Shown here: piece by piece, positions 10,410 through 23,262 of the stretch
Layout: every line of letters begins with the position of its first letter
Position numbering within the stretch: the first letter of the stretch is position 1
Source: Somniosus microcephalus
Taxonomy: Eukaryota
DNA: 64,000 bases
Reading direction: 5' to 3'
Assembly: GCA_052327205.1 (NCBI GenBank)
Contig: CM126223.1
Coordinates: 62,062,001-62,126,000 of the forward strand
The notes under the pieces: generated by a model
What the model was told of the DNA's origin: nothing
What the model saw: only the letters and a program-made list of their open reading frames with translations
Database searches by the model: none
Program-made: the position numbers and the translations under genes

Positions 10410-13400
10410 GGGGGAGAAATTCAGTATCGCCCCATTTGGGGCGCAATTATTGGCCGAGTGCAAAGATTAGCGCCTGGCGCTAATTATCGCCTCCGACTGC
10501 AAACTTGGCTTTTATCGCCCCTGGAGGTGATTGGAGCGCTAAATCAGGTGCTACACACCTGTCTTAAGGCGCAAAGGCCGAGCAGCGAGGCGCTACCTCA
10601 GAGCGCTGGTGAAGCTCATGTGATGTCAGTCAGCAATGGAACACAGACACAATGGCGTCGACCAGTTCTTAAAGGGGAGGGTTGATCTTGCTCACCATCC
10701 ACATCCTGCTCATTGCAGTCTTGAATCTTGGCCTGGAGAGACCTGTACATCAAATCAGCTGGAAAGAACAATGGAGAGGCCCAGGGAAAGAGCTGAGAGT
10801 GCAGCCCCCACAGTCTCTTCTAAATCAATACAAGGAAGGGCAAATCAAAATGAACCTGCAAAGTGCTGCTCAGTGAATCTCTCCAGAAGTCTGTCTCTCT
10901 CTCTCTTGCTCTCGCTCTCGCTCTCTCTCGCTCTCTCTCAGAATGTGTGGTGCAAAAATGTCACCAACAAAAAAAGGCACGAAGTGGTCACCTTTTAAAT
11001 AGCGCTCCCCCAGTCCCTTCCTGACTGCAAAATGCTCCCCTCAACCTGTCATAGAAACATAGAAGATAGGAGCAGGAGTAGGCCATTCGGCCCCTCGAGC
11101 CTGTTCCGTCATTTAATGAGATCATGGCTGATCATCCAAATTCAGTACCCTGTCCCTGCTTTCTCCCCATATCCCTTGATCCCTTTAGCCTTAATAAATA
11201 TATCTAATTCCTTCTTGAATATATTTAATGAATTGGCCTCAACTGCCTGTGTGGTAGAAAATTCCACAGGTTCACCACTCTCTGGGTGAAGAAATTCCTC
11301 CTCATCTCATCTCAGCCCTAAATGGCTTACCCCTTATCTTTAGACTGTGACCCCTGGTTCTGGACTCCCCTGCCATCGGGAACATCCTTCCTGCATCTAA
11401 TCTGTCTAGTCCTGTTAGAATTTTATAAGTTTCAATGAGATCCCCTCTCATTCTTCTAAACTCTAGTGAATATAAGCCTAATCGACCCAATCTCTTCTCA
11501 TACGTCATTCCTGCCATCCCAGGTATCAGTCTGGTGAATCTTTGCTGCACTCCCTCCATGGCAAGAACATCCTTCCTCAGATAAGGTGACCAAAACTGCA
11601 CACAATACTCAAGGTGTGGTCTCACCAAGGCCCTGTACAACTGCAGCAAGACATCCTTGCTCCTGTACTCAAATCCTCTCGCTATGAAGGCCAACATAAC
11701 ATTTACCTTCTTAACCACCTGCTGCACCTGCATGCTTACCTTCAGCGACTGGTGCACAAGGACACCCAGGCCTCGTCGTACTTCCCCTTTTCCCAATCTA
11801 TTGCCGTTCAGATAATCTGTCTTCCTGTTTTTGCCACCGAAGTGGATAACCTCGCATTTATCCACATTGGGCAGATGCATGGCAAATGCAGTATAATCAC
11901 CCAACCTGTCCAAATCATACTGGAGTTTTTCTGCATCCTCCTCGCAGCACACATGCCCACCCAGCTTTTTGTCGTCTGCAAACTTGGAGATATTACATCC
12001 AGTTCCCTCGTCTAGATCATTTATTTATATTATATATATATATATATATAATTTATATTGTGAATAGCTGGGGTCCTAGCACCGATCCCTGCAGTACCCC
12101 ACTAGTCACTGCCTGCCACTCGGAAAAAGACCCGTTTATTCCCACTCTTTGCTTCTTGTCTGCCAACCAGTTCTCTATCCAAGACAGTACCTTACCCCCA
12201 ATCCCGTGTGCTTTAACTTTGCACGCTAATCTCTTATGTGGGACCTTATCGAAAGCCTTCTGAAAGTCCAAATACACCACATCCACTGGTTCTCCCTTAT
12301 CTATTCTACCAGTTACATCCTCAAAATATTCCAGTAGATTAGTCAAGCATGATTTACTTTATGTAAATCCATGTTGACTTTGTCCGATCCTGTCCCTGTT
12401 TTCCAAGTGCTCTGCTATTACATCTTTTATAATGGACTCTAGCATTTTCCCCCACTACCGATGTCAGACTTACCGATCTATAATCCCCCATTTTCTCTCT
12501 GCCACCTTTTTTAAATAGTGCGGTTACATTAGCTATCCTCCAATCCATGGGAACTGTTCCGGAGTCCATAGAATTTTGGAAGATGACCAGCAATGCATCT
12601 ACTATTTCTAGGGCCACTTCCTTAAGTACCCTAGGATGTAGATTATCAAGCCCTGGGGATTTATTGGCCTTCAATCCCGTCAATTTCCCCAACACCATTT
12701 CCCTACAAATACTGATTTCATTCAATTCCTCCCTCTCATTAGACCCTATGTTCCCCGACATCTCTGAAGGTTATTTGTGTCCTCCTTTGTGAAGACAGAA
12801 TCAAAGTATGTATTTAATTGGTCTGCCATTTCTTTGTTCCCCATTATAAATTCCCCTGATTCTGCAAGGGACCTACGCTTTGACTTCACCAATCTTTTTC
12901 TCTTCGCATATCTATAGAAGCTTTTACAGTCAGTTTTTATGTTCCCTGCAAGCTTACTCTCATAATCTATTTTCCCCCTCTTAATTAATCCCTTTGTCCT
13001 CCTTTGCTGAATCCTAAACTGCTCCCAATCCTCAGGTTTGCTGCTTTTTCTGGCCAAATTATATGTTCTCTCCTTGGATCTTATGCTATCCCTAATTTCC
13101 CTTGTTAGCTACGGTTGAGTCACCTTTTTTGTTTTTGTGCCAAACAGGGAAGAACAAATTCTGTAGTTCATCCATGCGATCTTTAAATGTTTGCCATTGC
13201 CTATCCACCGTTAACCCTTTAAGTAACATTCCCCAATCCATCCTAGCCAACTCGTGCCTCATACCATCGTAGTTCCCTTTATTTAAATTCAGGACCCTAG
13301 TCTCTGAGTCAACTACTTCATTCTCCATTTTAAAGAAGAATTCGATCATATTATGATCGCTCCTCCCCAAGGGGCCTCGCACAACAAGATTGCTAATTAA

Positions 13401-14662
13401 TCCTTTCTCATTACATAATACCCAGTCTAAGATGGCCTGATCTCTAGTTGGTTCCTCGATATATTGGTCCAGGAAACCATCCCGTATACACTCTAGGAAT
13501 TCCTCCTCCACCGTATTGTTACTAACTTGGTTAGCCCAATCTATATGTAGATTGAAGTCACCGATGAAAACGGCTGTGCCCTTATCGCACGCGTCTCTAA
13601 TTTCCTGTTTAATGCCATCCCAAACCTCAGCATTACTGTTTGGGGGTCTGTATACAACACACACTAACGTTTTCTGCCCCTTGGTATTTCTCAGCTCTGC
13701 CCATACAGATTCCACATCATCAGAGCTAATATCCTTCCATACTATTGTGTTAATCTCCTCTTTAACCAGCAATGCTACCCCACCTCCTTTTCCTTTTTTC
13801 CTGTCCTTCTGAATGTTGAATTCCCAGTCTTGGTCACCCTGGAGCCATGTCTCCGTAATCCCAATTCTATCCTATCCGTTTACATCTATTTGCGCAGCTA
13901 ATTCATCCACCTTATTATGAATGCTCCTCGCATTAAGACACAAAGCATTCAGGCTTGTTTTTTTAACACTCTTAGACCTTTTAGAACTTATTTACTGTGG
14001 CCATGTTTGATTTAAACTCTTGACTGCCTGCCACTTTTGCTTTTCTCCTTCCTGTCTTTTGCTTCTATCCTTGTTTCCCATTCCTCTGTCTCCCTGCACA
14101 GGTTCCCAACCCCCTGCCATTTTAGTTTAAACCCTCCCCAACAGCACTAGCAAACACTCCCCCTAGGACATCGGTTCCGGTCCCGCCCAGGTGCAAACCG
14201 TCCAGTTTGTACTGGTCCCACCTCCCGCAGAACCGGTTCCAATGTCCCAGGAATTTGAATCCCTCCCCCTTGCACCATTCTTCTAGCCACGTATTCATCT
14301 GAAATATCCTTCTATTTCTACTCTGACTAGCATGTGGCACTGGTAGCAATCCTGAGATTACTACCTTTTGAGGTCCTATTTTTTAAATTTACCTCCTAAC
14401 TGTCATTGCTAGCGGCAGGTGGTAAGGCGGGGGGCGCCACTCAATACCCGGTCTGGGGCGCTACTGGAGCGTTGCACACTCGACTGACGTCATGATCTGC
14501 CGGTGCAGGAGGTCGTGGCGATAGTGTTTAGCGCCGCCGCAAAATGTCTAGTTAATTTTGTGAGCGGCGCAAACATCGCCGCGCACGGGCGCTAGTTGCT
14601 TTGCGCCCCATTATCGCCCTCTTAACTAACGGGAGGCGCAAACCAACTGAATTTTTCCCCCC
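10410..14662. mobile_element. Harbinger-like non-autonomous DNA element, with a CR1 inside it
   Basis: TIRs GGGGGAGAAATTCAGT / ACTGAATTTTTCCCCCC; 3-bp TSD TCT (10407-10409, 14663-14665). Confidence 0.75.
11050..14400 (-). mobile_element. CR1 LINE, 5'-truncated, frameshifted: ORF1 esterase C-terminus plus ORF2 APE and RT
   Basis: Minus-strand ORFs: LDGLHL (SGNH-type ORF1), VVYRPPN/GDFN/SDHN (APE), DFQKAFDKVPH and QGSVLGPQLF (RT), LVRPHLEYCVQFWSP; (ttctatg) tail. Confidence 0.95.
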
Positions 14663-15141
14663 TCTGACTCGGAGGCAAAAGTGCAATTTCTGAGCCAAGG
14701 CTGATACCCAATATTCTTCGGCTCCTCTCTGGTAAGGCGACATCTGTGGCGCCTCAAGATGTGATTTATTTTTCTGTTTTGTTTATGCATTTGTACTCCT
14801 CAAGTGAAGGGATGTTGGCACTGGGATATGGAGCACCTTGCCTTTTCAGGCTCCCAGTATCATCATTTGCAAGTACCAATTTGAGCTGCCTCCATGACAT
14901 AATTGTGTAACACAAAAAAAAGAGTTCCCAAGAATGTTTTGATGAGGAGGAGAAAGTGTGAAATTTTCAGATTAGCGCTGCATCATAAACTGACACTTAA
15001 ATTAATGTGAGTCTGTCGTACTTTAGCTGAGGAAAAGTTTTGCACTAGATTGTTATTTTAGCACATTATTAATGAAATAAGGTGAGGAAGGTGCAAGCTT
15101 ATTTGAATACATTATGACTCCATTTGAATTTTTTTTTAAAG

Positions 15142-15204
15142 ATTTTGGCGACAAGTACAGTGTTTTTCGGGAACTCGGCCAGAGTGCAGAGAATAAATCC
15201 TCAG
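15142..15204 (+). CDS. SYNRG: SYNRG 63-nt exon (DFGDKYSVFRELGQSAENKSS), phase 1-1
   Basis: ttttttaaag acceptor, CAG|gtgagt donor. Resembles recalled 'DPGDKYSAFRELEQTAENKPL'. Confidence 0.92.
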
Positions 15205-15507
15205 GTGAGTGGATGCTGAGTAGTGTGTATAACCACCCATGCATACAATAGCTGTGGCCAGTAGAGTACGTTCAGATTCCTTGTATGAAAGGCATAGTGT
15301 ATCCCAAAGAGCTAGAAATGATCGTGTATTTAACACATGTAGACTTGCTGGTTACTCTACAAATCCTGTCAGTAGCAGTGCTTTTCCTGACAAATTTGCT
15401 TTCAAGTTGGCCCAGAGTTGAGACCACCATTGACATTCAATGGAGATGATTCGGGATGCTCCCAGTCATTGGTGCAGTGGCTAAGCAGCAAAGAGACACT
15501 GACCTGG

Positions 15508-15646
15508 TGCAAAAGCAAAATACTGCGGATGCTGGAAACCTGAAATAAAAATAGAAAATGCTGGAAATACTCGGCAGGTCAGGCAGCATCTGTGGAGAGA
15601 GAAACAGAGTTAACGTTTCAGGTTGATGACCTTTCGTCCGAACTGG
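15508..15646 (-). mobile_element. Penelope-like terminal-repeat fragment with a degenerate hammerhead motif
   Basis: Minus strand AGTT-CGGACGA-A-AGGTC..AACCT-GAAA-CG-TT-AACT, followed by 'ctgacctgccgagtatttccagcatttt'. Confidence 0.6.
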
Positions 15647-15674
15647 TGGGTCACCAGGGGGGAAAAAAAACAAA

Positions 15675-15677
<3 letters not shown>

Positions 15678-15739
<62 letters not shown>

Positions 15740-15740
15740 A
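15678..15740. repeat. (CA)n microsatellite
   Basis: Visible dinucleotide run. Confidence 0.97.
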
Positions 15741-18064
15741 TCAGGGATACTTCTTCTGGCAGTATATTTTCTGACTATAGAATGGGACATTATTATGTAC
15801 AACAAAAATGCTCACCTTGGATTTTCTCTTTCTTCCCCCCCCCCCTGCCCCCAGTGTTTTTCTGATGTATTCTTGCAATTCCCAGCTGAAAAAGAGTAAC
15901 AGTCATCATACAAATGAAAATAAAGTGTAGGAACTTTAGTGCGCCAGTATTGTCTAGATGTCCAGTTGATTGGGCAGATGTGTTTATATTTTAAATATTT
16001 TTATTTGTGCATTTAATTCTCGTCAGAGCTAAAGGAATTGTAAGAGAGTTTGTAAAAAAACTAAAGTATTTAAATATTTTGTTGTGTTTTGTTTTCTGCT
16101 CTCAGCCTTTGTTTTAATTGAATTGGGATGGAACAGTATATCTGTATTCCACCACATTAATCTAGAGAGTGCATGATGTTTCCTGCTCACTGTTGTTCAT
16201 TTAGTGGATTCCCTGCATTGACCATGGTATTGGGGAGGGAGGGAGAAGGTGCAGAGCAGAGGTGCTCCCATACAGAAAGAGAAAGAAAATCCAAGGTTGA
16301 GCCTTGCTGAGCTGCTGTTACGTATCTCTTCATTCTAGTTTGCAAGTTGCACTGTCAACAGACTGGGGACAGGTTGCCTTATCTACCTTTTTCATTGGGG
16401 GAGTAAGGTGGTGGGTACATTTGGGGAGAAGAGAAGAAACATGCACTTTATGGGCCCAGGTAAACAATTGTGATGGTGCACTATGATCACGTAAACGACT
16501 TAAAGTAGAAAATGATTACCCCATTGAGGCAAGAAAGGCAGGAACAGTTATGATTCTACTTTTTTTTGAAGAGGGAGTTGGAAATTAAACCACTTAACTG
16601 AAACAAGCCTGAGTTGTGGTATTTTCATTAATTTTATTTTTTATTTTTTCACACACAGGATAACTTGACCATTGCAACTTGGTAAAAATATCATGAGTAA
16701 TTTTTTAATTAAAAAAAAAAGTAGTCACCATAGTATGGGCCCAAAGAATCGCTGCCAGGCATAATAAGTGCACTGTGTATTCGCAAAGATGTGAGCCTGA
16801 AGATTTGCAACTTTAAAACAGTTTCCCTACTGTTTCTCACCCCAACTTTTTTTTTTATAGAGTAGTCACATTTTGGCAGGGTGATTGGCCATTGAAAATG
16901 TGTGGTTGCAGCTTCCCTGATACCTCAGCAGTGTATCCAGTGAATGGCTGAGCCAGAGAGATCAGAAGGGTCACAGGTTTGATCTTTGGTCTGTGCTGAG
17001 CCACAGTAGCATAGGGGGCTACAATTGGCTTCAGTGTCCCACAGTTAGGAAGGCCAAAATCAGCTAGTATCGCTATACATTGAGCCATGCTGGCAATGCA
17101 TATTTGAATGGTAGGTGAATACTATTAGCAGTGGATTAGCAGTGGTACAGCCCTTGGTTGAATAGCTATCTGACACTCGCCTTTAAGTTTCGCACATGAA
17201 ATATGGTCACTAAGATCTGGTACTGAGCAGTGCGAGTTGCCCATGGCATGAAGTCAGTACCTTTAGAAGTAAAATTGGTGGAAAAAGGTGAAGAAAAGTT
17301 TTTTTTTAATATATTGTCTTCCAGCTCTTAATGTAGTCTCCAAGTTGCTTCATACAAAATATAAATGGTGGTTTAAAAACAAATCACTATCTCATATAGA
17401 AGATGTATTTTGAACTGCAAGCTTAAGTGTTATGGAGGGAGAAGTGGGAGAGAGATTGAAAGTCAATTGACTGGGCCAAGAAAGATGATAGTTGCTCTCA
17501 AATAGATAAGGCAATGTTTCTTCTTTTTTCACCCCCTCCAAAAGGCTTTTTGAAGGAGTTATTACAATATTTCCAGATAGAAAAATGAAAAATACTAACA
17601 ATAAAATAACAGAACATTTTCCTTAAAAAGGCAAAGGTCAGTTCAAACATTTGCCAATAGTGTGAGCAGAACCAGACAGTGTGCCATCACTTGTGTGTGG
17701 ACTGGATAGAAACTAGCAGAATGCTGCCACACATGTGCCATGGGAAATATCCAGACCATTTACCCATCGAAGCTGGGTTAAAATTCTCACTTTCTTTTTT
17801 CCAGATTTACATAATGGCCCTAATTTGGGTCATTTGGGTATTTAAATTTGGTTCGGTGATCATCCCTCTTCCCTACAATGAGAAATTAAATGGTGGTATG
17901 TTCTATGTAGGGTTTTATTCGGCAGTGCATGCTTGGTATGGGTTGGTGCTTTGGTCTTAGCTACTAACTTGGAAATGCTTGTGTTTGTGTGCTGTGAAAC
18001 GTGAAACATAGAATTCCGTTCTTAACTGCTGGTATTTTGTCACTGAAAAGATGTATGTTTGCAG

Positions 18065-19054
18065 GGGAGGGCTTTGCAGAATTCAAGTCACCAGGGAATG
18101 ATGATGGATTCACAGACTTCAAAACTGCAGACAGCATTTCACCAGTAGATTCTTCAGAGCAAGCAAAGACATTCACAACAGCCTTTCCTTCTGTGCCATT
18201 TCTTCAGCCACAATTGCAACCTGTAACGCAGCCTAAAGACACTTTCAATCTCACGGACCTTTTTACATCTGTCAGTTGCACTGGAGAGAGCAAATCTGTG
18301 TCAGTTCCACCAGTTTCTGTGACCTCATCCATTACATCATCTGTATGTGTTGCATCGTCATTGTCATCGTCACTATCATCTGGTACTTTTTCCTCAGCCA
18401 GTAGCAAGGCTGCCGGTGGAACTGATGACTTTGGGGACTTCAACCTTTTTGGCGTAGCAGCCAGTACTTCGTCGGGTGGGGGATGGGGTCAGGATGAATT
18501 TGCAGATTTTATAGCTTTTGGCAGCGCCGGCACCACTGGATCCTCTGAACAAAAGGCAAATGATAAATGTAGTGTTTTCAGGCAGGAGAAGAATGATGGC
18601 TTCGCAGCATCTTTCGATGCCTCCCTTGGCATAACAGAAGGTGGACAGCAGCCTCCAACCTCAACTGTAGACAAGTATGATGTCTTTAAACAGTTACCTG
18701 AGGAAGGGCCTGTGATGGGCTTTGAGGAGCAAAAAGACAGCACCTCCCTTTCCCAAGGGAAGAATGATGATGACTTTCCAGTTACCAAGCTGCCCCTTGC
18801 ATTCAGCACCTTGGACAAGACTTTCGTAGATAAACTCTCTGCTTTTAAACAGGCAAAAGAGGACTCTGCCTCGGTGAAATCGTTGGACCTTCCTTCTATT
18901 GGTGGGAGCAGTATTGGTAAAGAGGACTCGGAAGATGCCTTATCTGGTCAGTTTGACATGAAGTCAGCTGAGGTTGGTGGTGATCTGAAGCATGTATTGT
19001 CTGACAGCTCGCTGGATTTACCACCTGTCATTGGTCAGCTGCCTCCTGTTCCAG
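18065..19054 (+). CDS. SYNRG: SYNRG 990-nt exon with several gamma-ear-binding motifs, phase 1-1
   Basis: Lies within ORF 18001-19083. tttgcag acceptor, CAG|gtgagg donor. Contains DDGFTDFKTADS, DDFGDF and KEDSASVKSLDLPSIGGSS. Confidence 0.96.
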
Positions 19055-22000
19055 GTGAGGAAATGGTTCGATTGATCTGGTAAATACAGCCAAATCATCT
19101 GCAAACTGCCGTTACCTTTCTATAATGCCGCACCAATGATTTACCATTTATATATGTAGTTGTCCATTCGTATGATCATGGCTGTTGGGAATTGTTTTGA
19201 GTACCACTGTTCTTCAGTGGACGTAATTATGTTCAGTTATTAACCATAGTGGAGAAATCCAACAAATAGCCTTGGTTTTGAGCTATCATCAGGCAACTTC
19301 AATTGTTGGGGTACCTACAGCCACTGTATTGCCATCAGTTACCATAGTTGAGCCAGCATAGTTACTGTCAATATTTTTTTCCAATTAGAGTGTAACAATT
19401 GTTCGATCAGTACTTGGAATGATCCAAATGGTGTTCGCTTTTTCTGAGCAGACACCTACATATTCAGGTCATCCATTATAATGAACACTTGAGACAATCC
19501 CAGAGAGCGCGACAATTATAGTCAGGTTGGGCGGCTCTGTGTTAGTTGAATTATTTTAACTGCACCCTTTGGAGCAGCATTACAAATTTCTGTTTCCTTT
19601 TTTTTGTGTTGTGGGCAATATTCAATAGCTATTGCTTGTACAGAAAGGAACACGGTGCCTTAACATGGTGCCTAGTTTTAACTGCAATTTTCTTACAAAG
19701 TTGCAAATAACACTTTTAATTATTGTGAAAGGGCCACCATTATCGAAGGCCAGCATTGTTGTTTATATTTCCAGAAAGCTAGTTTCAAAATTTTGTCTGG
19801 GATAAAGAGCTTTAGGCTTCATTCTAGATGTTAGCGTCTGGGCATAAACTTGAGTTTGCCCTGCTAAGTACAGATTAGTGTTCGAGTAGTTAAGCACGGT
19901 CTGTTCGACTGATGGTAAAACAGACCAGACAATGGGGACAAATGTGCCAGTAACATGTAAATAATCCACTGGACAAAACTGCATGCTAATAAGGATGATG
20001 AAAGAACTGATTGGTGGGTTGCTGGCCGGGGGGGGGGGGGGGGGGGTTCCAGGTCTACTGACTGGTGTAACAAACATGCATAGCACCAGTTTTCTTGAAA
20101 ACCGAGCCAGAGTGAGAGTGCCCATTATATTTCTCTCCTTCCCTTTCTAAATATTTACTTTTGTCAACTAGCTTAATAATACAGTATAAATAATGTACCA
20201 AAAATTAAATACCTTGGGTTGTTGTTTAAAATAGAGCCTGTTTACTCAGCCGTCCATACACCGCTGACACGCCACACTAAATTTGATGAGTGGCGATAAT
20301 GTCGGTGTATATTAATTATATACTTGAAGGTGTGTATCTAATGGAGATTATGTGTGATATTTAAGAAATGGGACAGAGGGCCTGAAATTAGACTAAACTG
20401 AGTCTCATACTTTTCAAATGAGCTGCTCACAGTGCCGAGACTCTTACTGCAGTATGGGAGTAATGCCTGTGCACTGTACCCTAATGCCAGTGGCCAGCAC
20501 AAGGGTTTTCTTTCAGGATGCAAAGTGAAGGCCCTTCACTGTGGAACGAAGTTGGGAGAGTACAGAATTGGTGAGTACAAATGTATTGAGAGTTCCTCAA
20601 CCTTTTAAAATTTGCAAGAGCACATCAACAGTTAAAATAAGTGTGCTGAAAGTGTGCAGCTGCAGAGTTAGACTCCTATGTGAAACTGTCCTAATTAGCT
20701 TAGAACGTCCATAGAGTAGAAATGGTCAGATAGCACTGTTCATTTGAAAATTGTATTTTCTTTACTTTTAAAGTGCTTTGCAGCGATCTGAACTGGAGGT
20801 CTGGCTGTAGGCACAAGGCTGGCGTCAGTGCATCTGGTACAGTGTTTGTCTTCATTGTCATAGGTTGTACACCACTGTGCAGTGAGTGAAAAGTTCAAAA
20901 GAAACTGATATTTGAATGTAGATGGGATAGTAATATTAACAATCGGTCATTTATTTCATTGCTGTTGTGGGACCTTGCTGTGCACCAATTGGCCACAGTG
21001 ACTATACTTCAAAAATAATTCATTGGCTTTGGAACACCCTGAGGGCACGAAAGGTGCTATTCAAATGCATGTTCTTTCTATAATGGCAGCATGTGTTTTT
21101 TTTAAAATCCCTTAATTAAAATCAGCACGTACCTGCACGGAATGAGAAGATGGGCTGGAGATGACATTCCAGAACTTCACTAGCTATTGGTAGACTGGTG
21201 CTGGGAGATGTGCAGGAGCAGCTCAAGGTGACGGGTTTCTCCTTCTCGCATTGGAAAAACTGATCTCTGGCTGAAAAGCGGTTCCACAGTCCAATTTTAA
21301 TAGACAGAACCAGGAGGTCGTTCTTTGATGTGCTTTTGACTAGAGAAACTAAGGCCAGCTACGGTGGGATGATTTATCTTCTACACCTTTCTGGCAACTC
21401 CAAAAGTGCCTCGATTAGATAACTCATCTGTATTGTAGTCACAAGTAATACACTATCCTTTTATGTTAATTGAGTGGTGGCACCTTCACCTAATACCATC
21501 TGGCAACAAAACGCCATTTCCCTAATATTTACTCATCAGCAGTGTTAGATTTGACAAGACCTGTTAAGCATCTGTTGCATGGGAAGGTGCTTTATTTAAA
21601 GTGTACTGACATGCTGGTCAAAATGTCGTCCATAAACCATATTTAGTTTTATTCCATCAACCTTAACTACACACCATCTCCAAAATAATTTGTCGTTTAG
21701 AAGCTGTAAGTAAATGTGTGATTTAGTGATCAAAGAAGTCTGTAGCCTGAGGTACTGTTAAAATGGAGAGCCTCGTTACTTTTCAATGAATCGAACTAGT
21801 TTCATGTGTAGAAATTAAAAACAAATTAAAATAGGATGCTTTTCTTATGAGATTTATTAAACAAGTAGATTCTGAAAATTGTCATTGAGACTAGGAGAGA
21901 GTACAGAAAATCGAATTACATTTTCACACTGTTAAATACAAGGGAATAAAATCTCTGTATACTATTATGTAGTGGTCGCATTTAAAATGGAGTTTAAATT

Positions 22001-22303
22001 TCTGTCCTTTTGTTGGATGCAGTGCACTAGTGTGGGCTCTTGTATGGGAGTTCCTCTGTGCTTTGTTACAGCGCTAATGCTGTGTTTGCCTGGCACAGTG
22101 CTTTTTGCAGTTTGGCAAAAATTGCCGATTTCTGTGTTGGAGAATGGGTATTCAAAAACATCTTTATTTCACATTACGTACTTTTCACATTGTTAAGCCC
22201 AGCTGGTGCTATAATTTGCTCAGTCAGTTGTTTATAATTGTTATGCCGTGCATTTTGCTTTCATTAACCATGGCATCTTCTCCACCCACATTTTCTTTTC
22301 TTT

Positions 22304-22306
<3 letters not shown>

Positions 22307-22349
<43 letters not shown>

Positions 22350-22364
22350 CTCTCTCTCTCTCTC
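22307..22364. repeat. (CT)n microsatellite
   Basis: Visible dinucleotide run. A second, imperfect one lies at ~10892-10939. Confidence 0.95.
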
Positions 22365-22669
22365 TTCATACTTACCCATGCATATGCACCACCTGTTGAT
22401 TAATATGTTTGGATCTATGAAACAGCATATGTGTAGTTTTTTCCAATCAACGGTTGCCAACAACTGACTTGCAGCTTTTTAATTATATTTTGAGAAATCT
22501 GGGTTACGGGTCAAATCTCAGTGAAGATCATCACTCTGGCAGGAAGGAGCAGGTGAGCGGATTAAATAACTCCGGACATGGTTAGGAAATGCCAACCGTT
22601 AAAAGTCAAAGATTGTAGGAGTACAACACGAGTCCCCATAGATTTTTCACCTCACAATGGCATAAGGAG

Positions 22670-23262
22670 GTTCATGCTTCAGTTATACAGGGCATTAGTG
22701 AGACCACATCTGGAGTACTGTGTACAGTATTGGTCTCCTTATTTAAGGAAGGATGTAAATGCGTTGGAAACAGTTCAGAGAAGGTTTACCAGACTAATAC
22801 CTGGAATGGGCGGGTTGTCTTATGAGGAACGGTTGGACAGGCTAGGATTGTATCCGCTGGAGTTTAGAAGAGTAAGAGGTGACTTGATTGAAACATATAA
22901 GATCCTGAGGGGTCTGGACAGGGTGGATGTGGAGAGGATATTTCCTCTTGTGGGAGAATCGAGAACTAGGGGTCACTGTTTAAAAATAAGGGGTCGCCCA
23001 TTTAAGACTGAGATGAGGAGAATTTTTTTCTCTGAGGGTCGTGAGTCTTTGGAACTCTCTTCCTCCGAGGGCGGTGGAAGCAGAGTCTTTGAATATTTTT
23101 AAGGCAGAGGTAGATAGATTCTTGATAAGCAAGGGGGTGAAAGGTTATCGGGGATAGACGGGATTGTGGAGTAATCAGATCAACCATGATCTTATTGAAT
23201 GACGGAGCAGGCTCGAGGGGCCGAGTGGCCTACTCCTGCTCCTAATTCGTATGTTCGTATGT
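22670..23262 (+). mobile_element. CR1 LINE 3' fragment
   Basis: MLQLYRALVRPHLEYCVQYWSP...RGDLIETYKI; (ttcgtatg)n tail. Confidence 0.93.

Noticed and set aside
11050-14400. Active LINE or domesticated reverse transcriptase
   Set aside because: Multiple frameshifts, a (TA)n expansion, a micro-inversion and 5' truncation.
16925-17270. tRNA-like head (similar pieces at ~1830-2100, ~46630-47020, ~62950-63170)
   Set aside because: No complete cloverleaf. These look like degraded old SINEs whose family I cannot name.
22171-22237. Acceptor-like aagcccag giving AGAIICSVSCL-stop, or a 3-nt microexon
   Set aside because: Weak splice signals and no independent evidence.
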